Made by a program: the position numbers and the translations under genes | DNA from: Mycobacteriales bacterium | GTDB taxonomy: Bacteria > Actinomycetota > Actinomycetes > JAFAQI01 | Direction of reading: 5' to 3' | NCBI GenBank assembly: GCA_035547515.1 | Contig: DASZUS010000008.1 | Span: 28,257 to 92,256, forward strand | DNA length: 64,000 nucleotides | The notes under the pieces: model-generated | What the model saw: the letters and a program-made list of their open reading frames with translations, nothing else | Database searches by the model: none | What the model was told of the DNA's origin: nothing | Part shown: positions 45,514 through 53,884 of the stretch, piece after piece | Numbering within the stretch: the first letter of the stretch is position 1 | How the letters are laid out: each line of letters opens with the position of its first letter

Positions 45514-47160
45514 CTACTTGCCCTTGTACGGCGTGTGCGGGAAGTTGCCCTTCGGCCACGCCTGCAGGGTGTAGCGCCGGCTGGCGAAGACGTAGGCGCC
45601 CTTGCGCTGGTTGTATGCCGAGACCTTGTTCGGGTCCCAGTAGATCTCCGCGCCGTCGAGTGTCGGGGTGAAGTCGCCCGGTGGGAACCCCCACGTGCCG
45701 AACTCGCCGGTGCCGCCGCGGTAGGAGCGCATGCCCGTCTCGAAGCTCTGCGGGGTGAGGTCCGGGCCGGCCTCCTGGATGCCGAGGGCGAGCATGTACA
45801 TCTGGGCGTAGATCAGGTTGACGAAGGTCGACGGCTCCGAGCTCGGATCCGCCTGCTTGTACGCCGCGTAGCCCAGCGTCGCCTGGTAGGGAAGCGTCGG
45901 TCCCTGGTAGGTCACCCCGAAGGCATGCGCCCACTCGGACTGGTCGAACAGCTGGCCGACGATGTCCTCGTCGGTGAGCGCGACGCCGACCACTGCCCAC
46001 TCCGGGTAGTAGTCCTGCTCGGCGGCGCGCTGCGTCAGGTAGACCGGGATGATCGGGTCGCAGCCGCACACGACGGTGGTGATGTTGTTGGCCTTGAGCT
46101 TGGAGATGATCCCGTCGGCCTGGTTGGCCAGCGTCGCCAGGTTGAGCTGGTAGGGGATGTTCATCGGCGCCTTCTGGCCGGCCGAGGTGAAGATGCGGGC
46201 ACCGTTGGCAACGCACTGCTGGTACCACGGGTTGTCGGGTGCGAGGGTGGCGAACGTCCTGGTGTGACTGGCAAGGGCCGGCCCCGCGAAACTCGCCTTC
46301 TTCCCGGCGAGCTCCCGGACGCCGACCTCGGCCACCGCTTCGCTGACGCCGGTGCAGTCGGTTGCCACGCTCCACGAGTACGGCGCGCGTTGCGCGAACC
46401 ACTGCTTCGACATGTACGGCACGCCGAAGTTGACGACTTTGTCGCGCGACAGCGCGTCGGCGTACGGCTCGGTCACCGCACTCATGTCGCCGAACGCCTT
46501 GATGCTGGTGGCGACCTTCAGCGCATCGTCGCTTGCCTGCTGCTGCCCGCCGCCGAGCAGCTCGTTGGTCTGCGAGCCCTGGCCCTTGTAGAAGACGAAC
46601 TTGAGCTTGCGGCCGTAGAACTGGAAGTGGCTGTTGAAGTAGTCGGCCAGGCCCTGGATCGTGCGGTCGGTGTCGGCCTGGGTGTCGGAGAACTGGGCGC
46701 CGCCGATCGCGGCCAGGGTCTGCTGGAAGCTCGGGTCCGAGGTGATCCGGTAGGCGATCGTGATCGTCGAGCCGGTGACCCCCCGGCTGGTCGCGCCGCC
46801 ATTGTTTCCGGAGAAGCTCACGCAGGCAGGGGAGTACGGGTCTCCGGGGACCTGTGCGCCCTGGCACCCCTTCGGGGCGGAGATCGGCTTGCCGTTGGCG
46901 CTGGTCGTCGGCTGCCCCGCGCCCGGGACGCCGCCCTTCCCGGTGGGCAGGGTGCTGCTGCCCGCGGCACTCGTTCCGGGGCCCGTGGCTCCCGGCACGC
47001 CCGTCCCGGTCGCCGCGGTCGCGCCGGTCCCGGCCCCGGCTGTGGTCACGGTGACCTGCTGGGGCGCGTCGGTCGGTACGAACGCAGCCATCAGCACGAA
47101 GGCCACGAGGAGCACCGCGAGCGGTCCGTAACCGCGCAGGAAGGGACTCGGGTTGGTCAT
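45514..47160 (-). CDS. membrane-anchored ABC substrate-binding protein (type 1 PBP, LivJ-like) with Gly/Thr/Ala-rich N-terminal linker
   Basis: 548 aa. An N-terminal TM helix (LAVLLVAFVLMAAFV) is followed by a low-complexity linker (TTAGAGTGATAATGTGVPGATGPGTSAAG...). A PBP1-like body follows. It lies 10 bp upstream of the fused transporter gene. Confidence 0.65.
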   Translation of the reverse strand: MTNPSPFLRGYGPLAVLLVAFVLMAAFVPTDAPQQVTVTTAGAGTGATAATGTGVPGATGPGTSAAGSSTLPTGKGGVPGAGQPTTSANGKPISAPKGCQGAQVPGDPYSPACVSFSGNNGGATSRGVTGSTITIAYRITSDPSFQQTLAAIGGAQFSDTQADTDRTIQGLADYFNSHFQFYGRKLKFVFYKGQGSQTNELLGGGQQQASDDALKVATSIKAFGDMSAVTEPYADALSRDKVVNFGVPYMSKQWFAQRAPYSWSVATDCTGVSEAVAEVGVRELAGKKASFAGPALASHTRTFATLAPDNPWYQQCVANGARIFTSAGQKAPMNIPYQLNLATLANQADGIISKLKANNITTVVCGCDPIIPVYLTQRAAEQDYYPEWAVVGVALTDEDIVGQLFDQSEWAHAFGVTYQGPTLPYQATLGYAAYKQADPSSEPSTFVNLIYAQMYMLALGIQEAGPDLTPQSFETGMRSYRGGTGEFGTWGFPPGDFTPTLDGAEIYWDPNKVSAYNQRKGAYVFASRRYTLQAWPKGNFPHTPYKGK

Positions 47161-48617
47161 GAGTCGATTGCCAATGCTGCGAGCCTTCTCCGTCGTCGGC
47201 TTACCAGGACGTCAGCGGCGGCGACGCCGCCGAGGGTTGCGAGAGCGATCAGCCCGACCGCGAGGCCTGCGCCGCGGCTGCAGGACGGCCGGCCCGCCGC
47301 ACTCATCGTCGAGCAGCTCGAGCTGACGATCCGGGTGCCCGCGATCACCGGCGACTGGCCGCCCTGCGGCACCGTCGACGTCTGCGGCAGTGTCGGCGGC
47401 GCCCCGCCGCCGAGGCCAGGCCCGGTCGCTGGAGAGGCGCCGCCGGGGCTCGGGCTTGCCGGCGGCAGTGTCGGCGGCGTGCCGTTGCCGAACGGGTTGG
47501 CGTACGACGTGTCGCTGGTGGTGGCGGTGGCGCCGCCGAGCTCGGCGTCGACCGCGCCCACTCCGGTGAGCGCCGTCAGCAGCAGATTGAGAGAGGTGTA
47601 GACGCTGCCGACCTGGCAGATCGCGTTGGTGATCGCCGACATGACCGGGTCGGTGAGCGTGTGCAGCAGGTTCAGGATCGGCACGAACACCGCGGCGCCG
47701 ATCCGGGAGTTGTCGATCCCGATGGACAGGGGGCTGATCCCGTAGACGCCGCTGGACAGCGTCGGTCGCGGGAGGGTGATGTGGAGCCCCGTCGCGGCGA
47801 CCGCCTTGTTGACCGCCGCGAGGGTCGAGGCGAGCGCGTTCGGCAGCGTCGGCAGCTTGACGCCGGCGAGGGTCGCGGAGCCGATGCTGAACGAGCGCGA
47901 CATCGAGGGGTGCGTGCCGCTGCGTACCGAGATCTGCCAGTGCAGGCCGTCGAGTGCGATCTTGCCGCCGAGCAGGTCCAGCTTTGCGATGTCCGCGGTG
48001 GCGGTGGAGATCCGGGCCTGGCCGTTGATCAGTCGCGCGTTGGCGGAGCTGGACAGACCGGAGATGTCGAGCAGGCCGGGGATCTCGATGCGCTCGCCGT
48101 CGAAGCTGCTGGCTGCCGCTTCGTTCGGTTGCGGGGAGACTGAGACCGCCTCGCGCCCGGTTGCGACCTTGGCGGTCTTGGTGTCGGGTCCGGCAGCCGC
48201 CTTGTCGACGCTGGCGGCGCCGGTGTCGGACTCCGCGGTGAGCGCCTTGGGGAGATCTCCGGCAGATACCGGAGGCGGAAGTGAGCTGCACTGGACCGTC
48301 AGGGTCGAGCCGACCAGGCCGAGGTCGAGAGCCTGGCTGGAGGCCTGCGCCAGCGTGTCGCGGTAGTCGGCGATCGACTGCCCGACGGTCACCGTCGCGG
48401 CCAGCCCGGCGTCGCGCGGGGAGAGCATGAAGGCCTGCGAGGTCCCCGCTGCGGAGCCTGCCACGAACTCCGTCGCCGTGGCGGTGGGCATCGGCGACGG
48501 TTCGGGACTCGCCGATGTCGTGGTCGAGCTGATCGCGAAGGCCGGGAGCTGGGTCGCGACGACCGCGGTCGCGACGCCGGTATAGAGGAGCACCCGAAAG
48601 CTGCTCCTGGCGTCCAC
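47157..48617 (-). CDS. secreted surface protein with Pro-rich linker and C-terminal TM anchor (486 aa, hypothetical)
   Basis: Signal-like N-terminus (LLYTGVATAVVATQLPAFA), a Ser/Thr/Ala/Leu-rich body, then a Pro-rich linker (PPTLPPASPSPGGASPATGPG). The C-terminus is GLAVGLIALATLGGVAAADVLVSRRRRR. ATGA overlap with the SBP gene places it first in the transporter operon. Confidence 0.55.
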   Translation of the reverse strand: MDARSSFRVLLYTGVATAVVATQLPAFAISSTTTSASPEPSPMPTATATEFVAGSAAGTSQAFMLSPRDAGLAATVTVGQSIADYRDTLAQASSQALDLGLVGSTLTVQCSSLPPPVSAGDLPKALTAESDTGAASVDKAAAGPDTKTAKVATGREAVSVSPQPNEAAASSFDGERIEIPGLLDISGLSSSANARLINGQARISTATADIAKLDLLGGKIALDGLHWQISVRSGTHPSMSRSFSIGSATLAGVKLPTLPNALASTLAAVNKAVAATGLHITLPRPTLSSGVYGISPLSIGIDNSRIGAAVFVPILNLLHTLTDPVMSAITNAICQVGSVYTSLNLLLTALTGVGAVDAELGGATATTSDTSYANPFGNGTPPTLPPASPSPGGASPATGPGLGGGAPPTLPQTSTVPQGGQSPVIAGTRIVSSSCSTMSAAGRPSCSRGAGLAVGLIALATLGGVAAADVLVSRRRRRLAALAIDS

Positions 48618-48692
48618 GGACGGACCATAGGAGGGCCGGACACGCCGGGCAAGGGTGGTGCAAACCGGGCCGCCGGGCGTACGCTAACTACT

Positions 48693-51371
48693 GTGACCCC
48701 ACCAACACAACAAAGTAAGACTAGTTTTGTGGTGGTCGGCGGCGGTGCGGCAGGCACCCTCGTCGCGACGCGCCTGCTCGACGAGTCGGCGCGGCGCCAT
48801 CTCTCGATGACAGTCACGGTCGTCGAGCCCCGCGCGGCGCTCGGCCGCGGGATCGCGTACTCCGCGGCGGACCGCCGCCACGTCCTCAACGTGCCCGCGC
48901 TGAAGATGACCGCGTATCCGGAGGACGGCGAGCACTTCCTGCGGTGGCTCGCGCGTCACGGCCGCGAGGTCGCGGAGGCCGACTTCGTCCCGCGGGCGTG
49001 GTACGGCCAGTACCTCGACGACGTGCTCCGGGCCGCGGCGCGCCGCGCGAACCTTGCCGAGCTGCGCGTTGTGCGCGCCCGGGCGACAGGTCTCGAGCGG
49101 GTGGGCACGCGGGCTCGCGTCATGCTCGACACCGGCGAGGACCTGCCGCCGGCCGACGGTGTCGTGCTCGCGCTGGGGCACCTCGGCGTCGAGACCGGCT
49201 GGGCGCCGCCGGCCCTTCGCGAGTCGAAGCGCTTCATCGCCGACCCCTGGGCAGCCGGCGCCCTCGACGGCGTACCGGAGGACGCCGACGTGATGTTCGT
49301 CGGCTCGGGGCTGACGATGGTCGACGCGGCCCTCCAGCTCGACCGGCCGGGCCGGACGCTGCGGGTGGTCTCGCGCCACGGCCTGCTGCCGCGGCGGCAC
49401 GTGCGCGACCTGCTTCCCGCGATGGAGGCGCCGCAGTTCTCGTGCGAGGCGCCGACGCTGGCGGAGCTGCGCAGGGTGATGTCGGCGCACATCGACAAGG
49501 CGCAGCGGCGGTACGGCGACTGGCGTCCGGCGATCGACAGCATTCGCGCCCTGACCCCCAAGCTGTGGGCCGGCCTCGACCCGGCCGACCGTGCCGAGTT
49601 CGTGCGCACCGACGCTCGCGCGTGGGACGCGGTGCGGCATCGCATCCCGCCCGACAGCGCGGAGCTCATCCACCAGATGCGCGGGGCGGGCCGGCTCGTG
49701 CTCACTCCCGGCGAGGTGGCGGCGGTGGTCGAGAGCGACGCTGGCCTCGCCGTACGTCTCTCGGACGGCTCGTCGGCCATGGTCGGGGCAGTGGTCAACT
49801 GCACGGGACCCTGCGATCGGCCGGAGCGCAGCCGCGACCCGTTCGTCCAGTCGCTGCTGGCGGCGGACCTCGCGCGAAGCGGGCCGCTCGGGATCGGGTT
49901 CGACACGCGCCCGGACGGCCGCCTCATCGGGCGTGACGGCAGTGACGACTTGCCGCTGTTCACCCTCGCGGCGCTTCGCAAGGGCTCGCTGTGGGAGTCG
50001 ACGGCGATGCCCGAGATCCGGGTGCAGGCCGCCCACGTCGCGCGATGTCTCGTCGGGCCGGCCCGCCACGAGCCGGTGCGCCCGACCGACCAGTACGGGC
50101 TGGCCGTATCGACCACCGCCGAGGCGGCGGAGCTGTGGCGGCAGGCGCTGGACCGGATCCGCCGGGTGCAGGCGGGGGCGCCGGAGCTGATCGCGGCAGC
50201 CCTCGAGATCGACCCAGCCTTTGCCCTCGGGCACGCCGCTCTCGCGTTGCTGGCGCGCGAGTGCGAGGCCGACGTCGACGCGGCGGCGTCGCTGTCGTGT
50301 GCGATCGACGCGATGCGGCTGCGGGCGGACGCCCGGGAGATCAGCTTCATCCGCATGGTCGAGGCGCGGCTGGTCGAAGAGCCCGCCACCGCGGACGAGC
50401 AGCTGCTGCGGCACATCAAGCAGCATCCGATCGACTGCCTCGCGGTGAGCGCGGCGCTGCCGACGATCGCCTTCAGCGGGGTGGCGCAGCCGATCGAGCA
50501 GGCATGGGCGCTGGTCGACTCGCTCGCACCCGAGTACGGCGACGACTGGTGGTTTCGCAGTCTCGCGGCCTTCACCCGCCAGGAGCAGGAGCGCTTTGCC
50601 GAGGCCGAGGAGCTGGCCGAGCAGGCGCTCGCCTTCGAGCCGGCTGCCGGGCACGCCGTGCATGCCCGCGCACACATCACCTATGAGACCGGCGACCACC
50701 TCGCGGGTCTGGCCTGGCTGGATCGATGGATCGACGAGCACGGCGGGGACACCAACCACCGCGCGCACTTCGTGTGGCACGCGGCGTTGCACGAGATCGC
50801 GATGGGTGACTTCGACGCGGCGCTGCGGCGCTACCACGAGCAGCTCGCGCCGCCGCGGGTCACCGGGGCGCGGGCGCTGGTCGACTCGGCGTCGCTGTTG
50901 TGGCGGCTGCGGATGCTCGGCGTGTCGATCGGGTGTGCCGAGATGCTGCCGACCCTGGCAGCGGTGGACCAGTGCGTCTTCGACCGCCCGGCGACGACCT
51001 TCACCGCGCTTCATGCGGCCATCGGACTGGCCGGTGCAGGCGACCTCGCCGCTCTCGCCGCTCTGGAGTCCTACGCCGCCGAGCATCCCAACCGCTCGTT
51101 CGCGGTAGCCGTCGTACCGCTGTGCCGCGGGCTCGCGGCGGTGGCCGATAGCCGGCCGGCCGACGCGGTCGGCCCGCTCACCGCCCTGCGCACCATGGGG
51201 CTGCGCCGCTTCGGGGGGAGCGCGGCCCAGCAGGAGGTCGTGGAGGAGACGCTGCTGCACGCACTCGTCGCATCGGGCCGTCGGGCTGAGGCCGCGACCT
51301 TGCTGGACGAGCGGCACCAGCGACGGCGGTCCCCGGGCGACCAGCGCCGCCTGGAGGCTCTCCTCAGCTGA
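48693..51371 (+). CDS. FAD/NAD(P)-binding domain protein fused to a TPR (TTC38-like) domain
   Basis: 892 aa from a GTG start. The N-terminal Rossmann motif is FVVVGGGAAGTLVATRLL, with a second dinucleotide motif at MFVGSGLTMVDAAL. The C-terminal ~400 aa are helical repeats (HFVWHAALHEIAMGDFDAALRRY), resembling TTC38-type TPR proteins. The longer antisense ORF is an Arg-rich artefact. Confidence 0.6.
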   Translation: MTPPTQQSKTSFVVVGGGAAGTLVATRLLDESARRHLSMTVTVVEPRAALGRGIAYSAADRRHVLNVPALKMTAYPEDGEHFLRWLARHGREVAEADFVPRAWYGQYLDDVLRAAARRANLAELRVVRARATGLERVGTRARVMLDTGEDLPPADGVVLALGHLGVETGWAPPALRESKRFIADPWAAGALDGVPEDADVMFVGSGLTMVDAALQLDRPGRTLRVVSRHGLLPRRHVRDLLPAMEAPQFSCEAPTLAELRRVMSAHIDKAQRRYGDWRPAIDSIRALTPKLWAGLDPADRAEFVRTDARAWDAVRHRIPPDSAELIHQMRGAGRLVLTPGEVAAVVESDAGLAVRLSDGSSAMVGAVVNCTGPCDRPERSRDPFVQSLLAADLARSGPLGIGFDTRPDGRLIGRDGSDDLPLFTLAALRKGSLWESTAMPEIRVQAAHVARCLVGPARHEPVRPTDQYGLAVSTTAEAAELWRQALDRIRRVQAGAPELIAAALEIDPAFALGHAALALLARECEADVDAAASLSCAIDAMRLRADAREISFIRMVEARLVEEPATADEQLLRHIKQHPIDCLAVSAALPTIAFSGVAQPIEQAWALVDSLAPEYGDDWWFRSLAAFTRQEQERFAEAEELAEQALAFEPAAGHAVHARAHITYETGDHLAGLAWLDRWIDEHGGDTNHRAHFVWHAALHEIAMGDFDAALRRYHEQLAPPRVTGARALVDSASLLWRLRMLGVSIGCAEMLPTLAAVDQCVFDRPATTFTALHAAIGLAGAGDLAALAALESYAAEHPNRSFAVAVVPLCRGLAAVADSRPADAVGPLTALRTMGLRRFGGSAAQQEVVEETLLHALVASGRRAEAATLLDERHQRRRSPGDQRRLEALLS

Positions 51372-51391
51372 ACTTGCGCGGGGGCAGCTAC

Positions 51392-51439
51392 CGCGAGCGC
51401 CGCCTGACGGTGCTAGAAGACAGCCAGGCGGCGCTCGCG
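51392..51439. terminator. perfect 15-bp inverted repeat (18-nt loop) between convergent genes; candidate bidirectional terminator
   Basis: CGCGAGCGCCGCCTG (51392-51406) pairs perfectly with CAGGCGGCGCTCGCG (51425-51439). It lies in the 76-bp gap between the stop codons at 51371 (+) and 51448 (-). There is no U-tract. Confidence 0.45.
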
Positions 51440-51447
51440 CGCTGCAA

Positions 51448-51828
51448 CTAGTCGTTGACGGTCGGAAGGCCTTCGGCGCGCCAGGCGCGGTAGCCGCCGA
51501 TCAGGTCCGTTGCACGCCGGATGCCCAGGTTGCGCAGGCTGTCGGCGGCGAGGCTCGAGGCGTAGCCCTCGTTGCAGCACAGCACCACCCACGCGTCGTA
51601 CGACGCGAACGGCAGTCGTGCCTCGGAGGCCGGGTCGAGCCGCCACTCGAGGACGTTGCGGTCAATCACCACCGCGCCGGGGATCTCGCCTTCGATGACC
51701 CGGTTCACCTCGGGGCGGATGTCGATGATGAGCGCGCCTTCTGCCTGCGCGGCGAATGCTTCCTTCGGGGTCAGCCGCGACAGCCGCGACCTGGCATTGG
51801 CCAGTGCCTGGCTGATCGTCATCGTCAT
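51448..51828 (-). CDS. single-domain rhodanese-like sulfurtransferase
   Basis: The ATG at 51828 gives 126 aa. The rhodanese pattern is LIIDIRPE...GEIPGAVVIDRN..EW...VVLCCNEGYASSLAA..L...G...DLIGGYRAW. ATGA overlap with the upstream cysteine dioxygenase gene. Confidence 0.75.
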   Translation of the reverse strand: MTMTISQALANARSRLSRLTPKEAFAAQAEGALIIDIRPEVNRVIEGEIPGAVVIDRNVLEWRLDPASEARLPFASYDAWVVLCCNEGYASSLAADSLRNLGIRRATDLIGGYRAWRAEGLPTVND

Positions 51829-52337
51829 GCCGGCACCGCGCTCGGTGCCCGCCGGCCGATGGCAGCCTCGCGGTCCTCTCGGGTCGAGACGGTGCGCACT
51901 CGCGCGAGCCCGCTCGGGTGCTGGGCGTAGAACGACATCTCCGACAGCGGTGGGGAGTAGGCATGCAGGCTCACCGCTGCCGCGGGTCCGGCGTTGTAGA
52001 CGTCGTGGACCGTCGTCGGGGAGATCGCCACGGACTTGCCCGCCGTGACAACCGTCGTACGGGTCTCCAGCGCCTCGGGCATTGCGCGGACCTCGGTCAG
52101 CGCGCCCTGGACGACGAGGAACGCGCCCGACGAACCGCCGTGGTCGTGCAGCTCGGTGCCTTGGCCGGTCAACCAGGTGAGCAACCAGATGTCCGCACAG
52201 TCGTTGCCTTGCAGCCGCCGCCACCAGCGGCCGGAGGCGTCGAATCGCGCCAGGCTGCGCCACTGCGAGGCGCGGTCGGCGAGCCGCTCGAGGACGGCTA
52301 CTAGCTGCGTTGCGTCGAGTGTCTGGAGGGAAGCCAT
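51825..52337 (-). CDS. cysteine dioxygenase type I family (cupin) protein
   Basis: The ATG at 52337 gives 170 aa (an alternative GTG is at 52358). The cupin metal motif is WLTGQGTELHDHGGSSGAFLVVQGALTE, with a later HDVYN...VSLHAYSPPL. Confidence 0.7.
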   Translation of the reverse strand: MASLQTLDATQLVAVLERLADRASQWRSLARFDASGRWWRRLQGNDCADIWLLTWLTGQGTELHDHGGSSGAFLVVQGALTEVRAMPEALETRTTVVTAGKSVAISPTTVHDVYNAGPAAAVSLHAYSPPLSEMSFYAQHPSGLARVRTVSTREDREAAIGRRAPSAVPA

Positions 52338-52355
52338 AGAGCAACTGTAGCAGAC

Positions 52356-52367
52356 CACTCAAGTAAC
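52356..52367. promoter_or_regulatory. conserved AT-rich motif CACTCAAGTAAC, copy 1, in the cdo leader
   Basis: It lies in the 34-bp gap between the stop of the PDO-rhodanese gene (52372) and the cdo ATG (52337). It matches 53831-53842 at 11 of 12 positions, with a 9-nt identical core CACTCAAGT. Confidence 0.4.
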
Positions 52368-52371
52368 TACA

Positions 52372-53748
52372 TTAAGACACGCTTAACGGCTCGACCAGGT
52401 CGTGCTCGCGCGCAGAGGCGAAGCTGTCGTCGACGAGCACGACCTGGTGGCCCGCACGGTCGAGCAGCGACGCGGCGATCGTGGCGCGGAAGCCGCTCGC
52501 GCAGTGCACCCACCAGCTGTGCTTCGGCAGCTCGGGTAGCCGCGCCATGAGCTCCGGCAGCGGCAGGTGCGTCGCGCCGGGGATGGCGCCGTCGCGGTCG
52601 CGCTCGTCATGGCGTCGCACGTCGAGCACCGTGGCGCCGCCCCGGCTCGCGTGGTCGAGCTCGGCGAAGGTCGCCCGGCGGAAGCTTCGGCGGGGCAGCG
52701 CCGGTGCGATCGAGTCGAGTGGGCCGTGCGCGACGGCTGTGGGCCGGTCGATGCCGATCCGGGCGAGCTGGCGTTGCGCCGCCGCGATCTGCTCGGCGCT
52801 CTCGCCGAGCAGGGTGAGCGGCTCGCCGTACGGGAAGATCCACCCGAGGTAGGTCGCGAACTGCGTGCCGAGCTCGACGGCGATCGACCCCGCCAGGTGG
52901 TCGGCGGCAAACTCGCGGCGGCTGCGGATGTCGACCACCCACTCGCCGGCGGCCAACCGCCGTGCGATCTCCTCGGCGTCCGCGGCGCGCGCCTCGCTGA
53001 GGTCGGCCGCGGTGACTCCCGCGGCGTTTCTCGGCGCCATGTGGGCGTAGTAGGCGGGGTACGGCGTGAAGCCCGCGACCACGGTGTGCACGAACTCGGC
53101 CTCGTCGGGCGCAGTGAGTGCGAGGTTGTTGCGGCGCTCGTCGCCGATGGTGCCACCGGCCGATGCGCTCGGGCTCGGGGGACCGGAGGAGCAGAAGCTG
53201 CCGAAGCCGTGGGTGGGGTAGAGCGCGGCGTCGTCAGGCAGCGAGTCGGCCAGCCGGCGTACCGAGCGGTACTGCGCGAGGGCGAGCGGGTGCGTGAGGT
53301 CGGGGCTGATCAAGTCGGTACGGCCCACTGCGCCGTAGAGCAAGGACCCGCCGCTGAACACCGCCGTCGCGCCGCCGGCATCCGTCACCACGTAGCTCAG
53401 GTGTCCGGGAGTGTGACCGGGCGTCGCGACGACGCGGACGCTGAGGTCGCCCACGAACAGCGTCGTGTCGTCGCCGACCGGAGTGCGCGGGAAGCCCACC
53501 TTCTCGCTGCCAGCCACCAGGTAGTCGACCTTCGCCGAGCGGGCGAGCGCCAGGCCGCCGGTCAGGTAGTCGTTGTGGATGTGCGTCTCGGCCACCGCGG
53601 CGAGCTCGAGGCCTAGCCGGTCGAGCACCTCGCTGATTCGGTCGATGTCGCGCTGCGGGTCGACCACCAATGCATACGACCCGTCGTGCACCACATAGCT
53701 ACGGTCGCCGAGCTCCTCGGTCGGAACTGTCTCAACCTGCACGTGCAT
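52372..53748 (-). CDS. persulfide dioxygenase (MBL fold) fused to two rhodanese domains (CstB-like)
   Basis: 458 aa from the ATG at 53748 (or 472 aa from the GTG at 53790). MBL motifs: ETHIHNDYLTGG and ATPGHTPGH. A middle rhodanese-like domain is followed by a C-terminal rhodanese with the active-site loop VHCASGFRAT (CX5R-type). Confidence 0.75.
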   Translation of the reverse strand: MHVQVETVPTEELGDRSYVVHDGSYALVVDPQRDIDRISEVLDRLGLELAAVAETHIHNDYLTGGLALARSAKVDYLVAGSEKVGFPRTPVGDDTTLFVGDLSVRVVATPGHTPGHLSYVVTDAGGATAVFSGGSLLYGAVGRTDLISPDLTHPLALAQYRSVRRLADSLPDDAALYPTHGFGSFCSSGPPSPSASAGGTIGDERRNNLALTAPDEAEFVHTVVAGFTPYPAYYAHMAPRNAAGVTAADLSEARAADAEEIARRLAAGEWVVDIRSRREFAADHLAGSIAVELGTQFATYLGWIFPYGEPLTLLGESAEQIAAAQRQLARIGIDRPTAVAHGPLDSIAPALPRRSFRRATFAELDHASRGGATVLDVRRHDERDRDGAIPGATHLPLPELMARLPELPKHSWWVHCASGFRATIAASLLDRAGHQVVLVDDSFASAREHDLVEPLSVS

Positions 53749-53830
53749 CCCGTCTCTCGAAGTTGTGACGTGTGTCACTGCGCCGCTCACGTCGCGTTCC
53801 CGTACCGGTCGTGCTATATCTATCTCAACT

Positions 53831-53842
53831 CACTCAAGTTAC
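53831..53842. promoter_or_regulatory. conserved AT-rich motif CACTCAAGTTAC, copy 2, in the divergent promoter region
   Basis: It lies in the AT-rich core (gtgctatatctatctcaactCACTCAAGTTACgcgggttagtcatcaatcta) of the intergenic region between the PDO-rhodanese gene (-) and the SBP56-like operon (+). A GGAGG ribosome-binding site is at 53876-53880. Confidence 0.4.
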
Positions 53843-53884
53843 GCGGGTTAGTCATCAATCTAGCGCCGACGCACGGAGGCAGGA

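Noticed and set aside
48699-48735. Imperfect inverted repeat CCACCAACACAAC ... GTTTTGTGGTGG in an AT-rich patch at the 5' end of the FAD/TPR gene
   Set aside because: It is imperfect and lies inside the annotated coding region (codons for TPPTQQSKTSFVVV). It could only matter if the true start is the downstream GTG (about 48729), which I cannot decide from sequence alone.
41964-51317. Very long antisense ORFs: 41964-44609 (+, 881 aa), 45355-47601 (+, 748 aa), 48684-51317 (-, 877 aa)
   Set aside because: The opposite-strand products carry Walker A/signature motifs, a PBP-like body and a Rossmann GxGxxG respectively. The antisense translations are Arg/Asp/Gly-rich low-complexity sequence. I judged them high-GC frame artefacts, not overlapping genes.
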